A stretch of 64,000 nt of DNA from Pseudomonadota bacterium (GTDB lineage Bacteria; Bdellovibrionota_F; JAHFAK01; JBDREC01): contig JBDREC010000001.1 of NCBI GenBank assembly GCA_043820105.1, forward strand, positions 1 to 64,000, written 5' to 3'. Below the pieces are notes generated by a model that did not search any database, was not told where the DNA came from, and was given only the letters and a program-made list of their open reading frames with translations. The stretch's first letter is position 1; each line of letters starts with the position of its first letter. A program made the translations under genes and the position numbers. Below are positions 57,199 through 64,000 of the stretch, one piece after another.

Positions 57199-59056
57199 TT
57201 TTATCATACAGAAAACATTTATTTCGTCCATTTTCTTTTGCATAATATAAAGCCTTGTCTGCTTTTGAAATAAGCTCTGAACGTTTTTCTGAATCATCAG
57301 GGAAGGTTGAAATTCCTGCTGAAATAGTAACCTTAAGCTCACGTAAACTACCATCAAATCTTTCTATTTCAACATTTTGTCTAATTCTTTCCCCAAGGTT
57401 ATTAGCTTCTTTTTTGCCTGTGTTTGGTAAAATAACTGCGAATTCTTCTCCGCCATATCTTGAGGCAATATCAATTTTTCGAATACTGCTTTTTATTACA
57501 CTTGATATCTTTTTTAAAACTTTATCTCCATATATATGGCCATAGGTATCATTTATTGATTTGAAATAATCTATATCAAGAAACATTAGGGATATCTTTT
57601 CTGAAAACCTATGAGCTCTTGCAAGGTTTTGCTCGAAGGTCTCCTGGAAATATCTATGGTTATATAAACCAGTCATAGAGTCAGTTGTCGCGAGTGTTTC
57701 CATTTTTTCAAAAAGGCGCGAGTTTTGTATAGAAAATGATGTTTGTTTTGCTATAACTTCAATCATATTAATTTCATTTTCAGAAAACTCATCATTTTCA
57801 TAGCTTCCAACAGCCATGCTTCCAATATTACCTGCAGTAGTAAAAAGCGGAACAATTAAAAGTGAATTTAATCCATGATTAAAGGGTAGGCTTCTATCAA
57901 AAATAATTACTTCTTTTTTTGCCTCTATTATATTTTTATAATGCAAGGAACGGTTATTTTTAATAACCCAGGAAGCTAGAGAAGTCGCAGGATCAAAACT
58001 AAAATTTAAATTTTCATATTCTGGCAAATCTTTATTATCTTCATGGACTATCATTATCTTATTTTCACCTTTATCGCTATCATGAAGAATAATCGCCCCA
58101 AAATCAATATTACAAGTGGTTTTAACTGCTTTGATTAATTCTTTTGTTATATCATTTGTATAAATGTGTGATGAAAGATCCTTGCTTGATTCGTATAAAT
58201 TTTTAATTTCATTTGCCATGAAAACAAGAGTTTTTGTTCTCTTTTTTTCATTATATAATGATGAAAAAAGATTTATTAATAATTTAACTCTTGTATCATT
58301 TCTCTTGGTAGTCATTTTTGGACAAAAACTATCATTTGCAGCTATGGCTATTATTTCTTTGTTATCATTAAATATTGGAAAACCTAAAAAAGATTTAACA
58401 TCAGGTCTTATACTCTCTTTGTAATAACTTAGCCCATGATAAGTTTCTTGAATAGGAGACATTGAAATAAGGCATTTTTCTTTGAAAATTCCAGATAAAA
58501 CCCCAGATGAAAAGCTAATTCTTTCATTAAATAGATTGCCTGATTTACAAAATTTATTTTCAAGCACAAATTCCTTGTTTTCATAATCAACCTTATATAT
58601 AAGAGAAGAATTTGTATCTAAAAATTTGTGAGTAAATAGTATTAGATCATAAAGAGTCTCAGGAAAATTGCTATGTAAATTTAGTTCACTTTCATTTTCA
58701 GCTGTTTTTATATCTAGTTTGTTGTCAGGATTCGCAGCTTTTGGTTTGCCCTGCTCAGGGATGTGCTCTTTTTCAAAGAGAATGGGAATAATTAATATAA
58801 GCATCCAGACTGGTAAAAGATAAAGCAGTATGAACTTGGGTAAGGGGCTAATTGATATAAATGTGAACTCAAATATTGCCGAAAAGGCAAGTGGCAGTGT
58901 GTAGTTTTTAATTGGCTTAAATCTTATAAAGGAAAGCAGCACTGCGATATAAAAAATATGCATGTATAAAAAAATATCACTATAAAGTGAGAAAAATACG
59001 TTATTTAATAAGCAAAAGGAAAAAAAAGTAAGAAAGAAGACTACAATGCTATTCAT
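57188..59056 (-). CDS. Membrane-anchored GAF-GAF diguanylate cyclase
   Basis: [26 protein letters not shown]-site RKID, RYGGEEF; start uncertain (59056 or 59092). Confidence 0.92.
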   Translation of the reverse strand: MNSIVVFFLTFFSFCLLNNVFFSLYSDIFLYMHIFYIAVLLSFIRFKPIKNYTLPLAFSAIFEFTFISISPLPKFILLYLLPVWMLILIIPILFEKEHIPEQGKPKAANPDNKLDIKTAENESELNLHSNFPETLYDLILFTHKFLDTNSSLIYKVDYENKEFVLENKFCKSGNLFNERISFSSGVLSGIFKEKCLISMSPIQETYHGLSYYKESIRPDVKSFLGFPIFNDNKEIIAIAANDSFCPKMTTKRNDTRVKLLINLFSSLYNEKKRTKTLVFMANEIKNLYESSKDLSSHIYTNDITKELIKAVKTTCNIDFGAIILHDSDKGENKIMIVHEDNKDLPEYENLNFSFDPATSLASWVIKNNRSLHYKNIIEAKKEVIIFDRSLPFNHGLNSLLIVPLFTTAGNIGSMAVGSYENDEFSENEINMIEVIAKQTSFSIQNSRLFEKMETLATTDSMTGLYNHRYFQETFEQNLARAHRFSEKISLMFLDIDYFKSINDTYGHIYGDKVLKKISSVIKSSIRKIDIASRYGGEEFAVILPNTGKKEANNLGERIRQNVEIERFDGSLRELKVTISAGISTFPDDSEKRSELISKADKALYYAKENGRNKCFLYDKIRT

Positions 59057-59369
59057 TTTTTGTTTTATCCCCAAATATATAAACGACTTCAAATTTTTCT
59101 AACATTCCTAAATTATCTTTTATCTTTTGTGAAATATAATAGGAATTAAATTTTAATTGTTTTATTTCAGATTTTAAATTTAAATTTTCGTGTTTTAATT
59201 TTTTAATATTTCTTTGAACCTTTTGTTTTTCAACAAAGAGGTTATAGGTGTTTACAAGGCCTTTTTCTCCAGAGAAAGTAAAAAATACGGTGAAAAAAGA
59301 AGAAACAACTATAGTGCAAATAATTAATAACAAGACAAGTTGGTTTTTTGATTTTTTTCCTCCAGACAT
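59049..59369 (-). CDS. ftsB: Septum formation initiator (FtsB/DivIC family)
   Basis: Single TM, GEKG, coiled coil, LGM...EVVY. Confidence 0.75.
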   Translation of the reverse strand: MSGGKKSKNQLVLLLIICTIVVSSFFTVFFTFSGEKGLVNTYNLFVEKQKVQRNIKKLKHENLNLKSEIKQLKFNSYYISQKIKDNLGMLEKFEVVYIFGDKTKNE

Positions 59370-59420
59370 GGGGCTTATATTACTATATTTGAATGCATTC
59401 GTAAAGGAGAAAATTATTTA

Positions 59421-59448
59421 TAAGTCGTAAGTGGTAAGTGGTAAGTTG
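59421..59448. repeat. Heptamer tandem repeat (TAAGTGG-like)
   Basis: taagtcg taagtgg taagtgg taagttg, just after the fusA stop. Confidence 0.75.
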
Positions 59449-59451
59449 ATT

Positions 59452-61530
59452 TTAGTAGTATTTATTTAAGATAGAATCTTGAATGTTTTTTGGGACTATT
59501 TCGTATTTAACAAATTCCATCGTATGATTTGCACGTCCTTGAGAGAGTGAGCGAATTTCTGTTGCATAGCCAAAGAGTTCAGATAAAGGAATTTCTGCTT
59601 TAACTGTTTTGAGATTAGCTTTTGCTTGCATATTAATAATTTTGCCTCTTCTTGCATTCATATCTGATATGATATTGCTAAGGAAATCTTCTGGAACTGC
59701 CACTTCAACACTCATAATTGGTTCAAGTAAAACAGGATCTGCATCTCTTAAGGCATTATTAATTGCCATGGAGCCTGCCATTTTAAAGGCCACTTCAGTG
59801 AAGTTTTCTTCTTGATATGCACCACCTACTAAGGTGACAATTATATCCATGACCGGATAGCTGCACAAATATCCGCTTTCAAGCGAGAGTTTTACACCCT
59901 CTTCAATTATAGGAATAACTGATTTTGGAATAATTTCATGATGCACTTTATTTACAAAGGTGTTTCCTGCTGATCTTTTGTTTGGCTGGATTTCAATGAC
60001 AACATGTGCAAATTGAGATTGTGTTTGGGTCATTTTATCAAATTTGCTTTCAGAACGAACCTTTTTAGTAATAGATTCTTTATAAGCTACCTGGGGTTTT
60101 CCAACATTTGCATTAGCAGAATATTCTCTTAATAATCTATTCACAATAATTTCTAAATGTAATTCACCCATGCCTGAAATAATTCTTTGACCTGTTTCTT
60201 CATCCATTTTAACTTTAAAGGAAGGATCTTCAATTTCCAGTTTTGCAAGAGAATCAGCTAGTTTGTCTTCATCTTGTTTTGTCTTTGGTTCTATTGCAAC
60301 TGAAATAACAGGATCAGGAAAATCAAGTTTTTCAAGGTATATTGGCTTATCTATTCTGCAAAGAGTGTCGCCAGTCCTTGTAAATTTTAGTCCAGATACA
60401 GCAACAATATCACCAGTTCTTATACTTTTAGTTTCTTCTCTTTTGTTTGCGTGCATTATAAAAATTTTAGTTAATCTTTCTTTTTTGTTTTGCAGTGAAT
60501 TAAGAGCAACACTTCCTGAATCTAGGGTTCCTGAATAGACTCTTAAATAGGTTAATTGACCAATAAAATTATCATGTACAATTTTATATGCTAAAGCTGT
60601 AAATGGCTCGTTGTCATCAGGTCGTCTTTCAATTCTTTTATCATCATTTGGGTTAAAGCCTCTAACAGGAGGTTTATCAAGCGGTGATGGAAAATAGGAA
60701 ACAACTGCATCTAAAATTTTTTGAACACCTTTATTTTTAAAAGAGGAACCACATAAAACAGGGATTATTTCATTTGCTAAGGTTAATTTGCGAATAGCAT
60801 TATTAATTAATTCTTCATTTATAAATCCATCAGAAAGATATTCTTCTAAAAGATCATCATCTGCTTCAGCTATTGTTTCTAGAAGAAAATGTCTGAACTG
60901 ATTGGCCTGGTCTAAATAATCCTCTGGAATATCTTTATATTCATACTTACTGCCCAAAGATTCTTCATCATAATAGATAGCCTTCATTTTTATAAGGTCA
61001 ATAATTGCCTCAAAATTTTCACCTTCTCCAATTGGGATTTGTAAAGGGCAGGCTTGGCCACCAAGTTTTTCTTTTATCTCATTATATACTCTAAAATAAT
61101 CTGCTCCAAGTCTATCCATTTTATTAATAAAAACAATTCTTGGAACATTATATTTGTCAGCCTGTCTCCATACCGTTTCTGATTGAGGTTCAACACCGCC
61201 TACAGAGCAAAGCACAACAACCGCAGCGTCTAGTACCCTTAAGGACCTTTCTACTTCTAAGGTGAAATCAACGTGACCTGGAGTATCAATAATGTTAATC
61301 TTATGATCATTCCAAAAGCAAGTTGTTGCAGCTGAAGTAATTGTGATGCCGCGTTCTTTTTCCTGAGCCATCCAGTCCATTACAGCGAGACCATCGTGAA
61401 CTTCTCCCATTTTATAGGACTTTCCAGTATAATATAATATTCTTTCAGTTGTAGTTGTTTTCCCAGCATCAATATGTGCAATAATGCCTATATTGCGAAC
61501 TATAGATAAATTCATGTTCTCTTTCGCCAT
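59452..61530 (-). CDS. fusA: Elongation factor G
   Basis: [49 protein letters not shown]. Confidence 0.99.
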   Translation of the reverse strand: MAKENMNLSIVRNIGIIAHIDAGKTTTTERILYYTGKSYKMGEVHDGLAVMDWMAQEKERGITITSAATTCFWNDHKINIIDTPGHVDFTLEVERSLRVLDAAVVVLCSVGGVEPQSETVWRQADKYNVPRIVFINKMDRLGADYFRVYNEIKEKLGGQACPLQIPIGEGENFEAIIDLIKMKAIYYDEESLGSKYEYKDIPEDYLDQANQFRHFLLETIAEADDDLLEEYLSDGFINEELINNAIRKLTLANEIIPVLCGSSFKNKGVQKILDAVVSYFPSPLDKPPVRGFNPNDDKRIERRPDDNEPFTALAYKIVHDNFIGQLTYLRVYSGTLDSGSVALNSLQNKKERLTKIFIMHANKREETKSIRTGDIVAVSGLKFTRTGDTLCRIDKPIYLEKLDFPDPVISVAIEPKTKQDEDKLADSLAKLEIEDPSFKVKMDEETGQRIISGMGELHLEIIVNRLLREYSANANVGKPQVAYKESITKKVRSESKFDKMTQTQSQFAHVVIEIQPNKRSAGNTFVNKVHHEIIPKSVIPIIEEGVKLSLESGYLCSYPVMDIIVTLVGGAYQEENFTEVAFKMAGSMAINNALRDADPVLLEPIMSVEVAVPEDFLSNIISDMNARRGKIINMQAKANLKTVKAEIPLSELFGYATEIRSLSQGRANHTMEFVKYEIVPKNIQDSILNKYY

Positions 61531-61609
61531 ATAAAAAAATTCATGTAAGTTAATAATTTAAGTAAAGTGTAATAATTGATTATATTTTAAAAATCAAGAT
61601 GCTTTTAAG

Positions 61610-62083
61610 CTACCAGCGGAAGTGAGCAAATGCCTTGTTGGCGTCTGCCATTTTGTGAGTGTCTTCTCTTTTCTTAATTGCAGCGCCTCTTTTATGAAAG
61701 GCATCAATGAGTTCACCTGCAAGTTTTTCATACATTGTTTTTTCGCCTCTAGCTCTTGAGTATTTAATTACCCAACGAAAAGCAAGGGCTTCTCTTCTAG
61801 GAGCTCTAATTTCCATTGGCACCTGATATGTTGCACCACCAACTCTTCTTGATTTAACTTCGATTAGTGGTTTGATATTTTCAATGGCAATTTTAAAAGC
61901 TTCAATTGGTTCTTTTTCTTTAACTTCTTTTTGAATAATATCTAAAGATTTATAAAGAATTGATCTCGCAGTTGATTTTTTTCCACCTTGCATCATGCAG
62001 TTTACAAATTTTTCAGCTAGCACACTTCCATATTTGGGATCTGCTATGATGGGTCTTTTGGGTACTTCTCTTCTTCTTGGCAT
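61610..62083 (-). CDS. rpsG: 30S ribosomal protein S7
   Basis: [32 protein letters not shown]. Confidence 0.99.
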   Translation of the reverse strand: MPRRREVPKRPIIADPKYGSVLAEKFVNCMMQGGKKSTARSILYKSLDIIQKEVKEKEPIEAFKIAIENIKPLIEVKSRRVGGATYQVPMEIRAPRREALAFRWVIKYSRARGEKTMYEKLAGELIDAFHKRGAAIKKREDTHKMADANKAFAHFRW

Positions 62084-62101
62084 ACTATAACCTCTTTTAG
62101 T

Positions 62102-62470
62102 TTACGATTTCTTTGCGCCGTATTTTGAACGACTTTGTTTTCTGTCAGCTACACCTACTGTATCAAGTGTTCCTCGAACAACGTGATATCTAACACCAGG
62201 TAAATCTTTAACTCTTCCGCCTCTGATTAAAACAACTGAGTGCTCTTGAAGATTGTGACCAACTCCTGGAATGTAAGTTGTAACTTCAAATCCATTGGTT
62301 AATCTAACCCTTGCAACTTTTCTCAAAGCTGAGTTAGGTTTTTTGGGTGTTACAGTATAAACTCTAAGACAAACTCCTCGTTTTTGAGGGCATTTTTTTA
62401 GTGCAGGAGACGATGTTTTTACTTTAATTTTTTTCCTGCCTTTTCTAACTAACTGATTAATTGTTGGCAT
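62102..62470 (-). CDS. rpsL: 30S ribosomal protein S12
   Basis: [34 protein letters not shown]. Confidence 0.99.
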   Translation of the reverse strand: MPTINQLVRKGRKKIKVKTSSPALKKCPQKRGVCLRVYTVTPKKPNSALRKVARVRLTNGFEVTTYIPGVGHNLQEHSVVLIRGGRVKDLPGVRYHVVRGTLDTVGVADRKQSRSKYGAKKS

Positions 62471-62591
62471 TTAAACCTTCCTATAACATATTATAACTTA
62501 AGCAAATATCAAAAAAGTAGCTGGGCTTATAGCAGTGAAACCCAGGCTTGTCAACATAAAAGGTCGAAAAAAAATCTGAACTTGCGCACTT

Positions 62592-62620
62592 GCCTGATTT
62601 CCTTTTCAATAAAATCAGGC
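62592..62620. terminator. Hairpin between tadB and rpsL (possible terminator)
   Basis: GCCTGATTT...AAATCAGGC stem; no clear U-tract. Confidence 0.4.
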
Positions 62621-62657
62621 CAATATTTTCATAAAAAATAAGTGTGTGAAATGGCGG

Positions 62658-63548
62658 TTAAATATCGATAGTTACGATTTTTTTGATAACGAAAAAAGCT
62701 AGACCTATGATACAACATGCAGCTATTGTTAAGCCTAAACCAATTGGAGTTGTTACAAAAAGCTTCATTTCGTCTGGGTTTGAAAGATAAAACATGCCAG
62801 CTAAAGCAAAAGGAAGGCATGAAAGCATGGCACCTTGAAAAAGGCCTAAGTGTGTGAGGGATTTGATTTTTCCATCAATCTTTTTTCTTTCACGGATTGT
62901 GTTTGTCAAGGTGTCAAAGGTTTCTGTTAAATCACCACCAGTTTCTCGTAAAATAGTAATTGAGCTAACAACCATATGTAAATCGTCAGAAGGAATTCTT
63001 TCACCTAATGATTCAAGTGCTTCATCAATTGACGATCCAATTTGCTGTTGATGTAGGACTAGTTGAAATTCCTGGGACACTGGGTTTGGCATGTTTTTTG
63101 ATATTAACTGCATGCCTTGAAGAAAAGATAGACCTGACTTTAATGTGTTTCCAAGCATTGCAAGACAGTCCACTAATTGTGCATCAAATTTAGCTACTCG
63201 TCTATTAAAAAGAAAACCAACGATGAATTTAGGGGCTACCCAGGCTATTATACATATTAGTGCTGTAAGTACTATGGCAACAATGAAATGCATGTTTGAT
63301 AAAAACATCATTATAACGCCCAAAAGCAGACAAGCAACAAATGGACCAAAAGAGAGGATATAGATTCTTTCAATAGGCCATTTATCCTTAATAAACATTT
63401 TTTCAAATTTATCTTCAAAAAATTCGATTCTATTTCTATATTTATTTGCTGCCCAAGACTCCATTCCCTCATATGAGCCTATGACAAAAATAAAAACTGC
63501 AAATCCAATAATTATTGCAATGACTGTTGTTAGTCCAAAGAAAAACAT
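62658..63548 (-). CDS. tadB: Tad pilus assembly membrane protein TadB (T2SS F family)
   Basis: FDAQLVDCL..L.NTLKSGLS, P.PVSQEF, RETGGDL, TIRERKK; follows cpaF. Confidence 0.88.
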   Translation of the reverse strand: MFFFGLTTVIAIIIGFAVFIFVIGSYEGMESWAANKYRNRIEFFEDKFEKMFIKDKWPIERIYILSFGPFVACLLLGVIMMFLSNMHFIVAIVLTALICIIAWVAPKFIVGFLFNRRVAKFDAQLVDCLAMLGNTLKSGLSFLQGMQLISKNMPNPVSQEFQLVLHQQQIGSSIDEALESLGERIPSDDLHMVVSSITILRETGGDLTETFDTLTNTIRERKKIDGKIKSLTHLGLFQGAMLSCLPFALAGMFYLSNPDEMKLFVTTPIGLGLTIAACCIIGLAFFVIKKIVTIDI

Positions 63549-63562
63549 AATTCGCCTTTCAT

Positions 63563-64000
63563 TTAAGCTTTTGGTGTAAACATACCCTTGGGCAATCTTA
63601 TACCCTTTTCTTTTAGTGTTGTTACGAATTTTGGAATTAAACCAGTTGAAATGTATTCACCGATTACCTTGCCTTTTGCATCAACCCCTTTTTGTTTGTA
63701 TAAAAAGATATCCTGCAATACAACTGCGCTTCCTTCCATGCCAGTTATTTCAGTAATATGAGTTATTTTTCTTGAACCATCTGAAAATCTGTTAAGTTGC
63801 ACTACCATATGAACTGCCCCAGCGATTTGTTGCTTGATTGCAGTTGAAGGCAGATCAAAACCAGCGAACATAACTAAGGTTTCAAGTCTTTGTATACAAT
63901 CTCTAGGAGTATTTGAGTGAATTGTTGTTAATGAACCGTCATGCCCTGTGTTCATGGCCTGGAGCATATCAAGGGCTTCAGCGCCACGACATTCTCCAAC
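63563..64000 (-). CDS. cpaF: Tad pilus ATPase CpaF/TadA (3' part; truncated by the window edge)
   Basis: VGECRGAEALDMLQAMNTGHDGSLTTIHSN, RLETLV, DGSRKITHITEI. Confidence 0.93.
   Translation of the reverse strand, partial: VGECRGAEALDMLQAMNTGHDGSLTTIHSNTPRDCIQRLETLVMFAGFDLPSTAIKQQIAGAVHMVVQLNRFSDGSRKITHITEITGMEGSAVVLQDIFLYKQKGVDAKGKVIGEYISTGLIPKFVTTLKEKGIRLPKGMFTPKA

Noticed and set aside
1-64000. CRISPR array, integron cassette array, IS or prophage
   Set aside because: No regularly spaced repeat-spacer units, attC-like sites, cas, integrase, transposase or phage structural genes seen

Overview
AT-rich bacterial chromosomal window whose gene content looks deltaproteobacterial (Bdellovibrionota/Myxococcota-like; this is inference from the split atpZ-atpI-atpB-atpE F0 cluster, Tad pilus genes, sigma-54 promoters and MopE-motif/TSP3 lipoproteins). 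Housekeeping genes flank it. The left side has nrdJ, an NSS transporter, a LolA/FtsX/ABC cluster and tRNA-Arg. The right side has atp F0, a diguanylate cyclase, ftsB, rpsL-rpsG-fusA and tadA/B. Between them lies a ~33 kb accessory region (16.4-49.8 kb) of acidic, repeat-rich lipoproteins and secreted proteins. Three signals stand out. (1) A repeated promoter architecture places a TTTGAAAAAAAGA box 67-70 bp upstream of a sigma-54 TGGCAC-N5-TTG(C/A) core at 8 loci. (2) One copy of this promoter has no ORF behind it, only a ~66-nt terminator-ended RNA with an anti-SD/anti-AUG-like segment, a candidate sigma-54 sRNA. (3) An unannotated 47-aa ORF sits directly upstream of a cobalamin-binding radical SAM enzyme that also carries a SPASM-like Cys cluster, a candidate new RiPP system. 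Also present: GTAG-type REP elements, an orphan alternative C-terminus, a frameshifted lipoprotein with a PAAR-like motif, and many intergenic 6-9-mer tandem repeats. All calls were made by eye; no searches were run.
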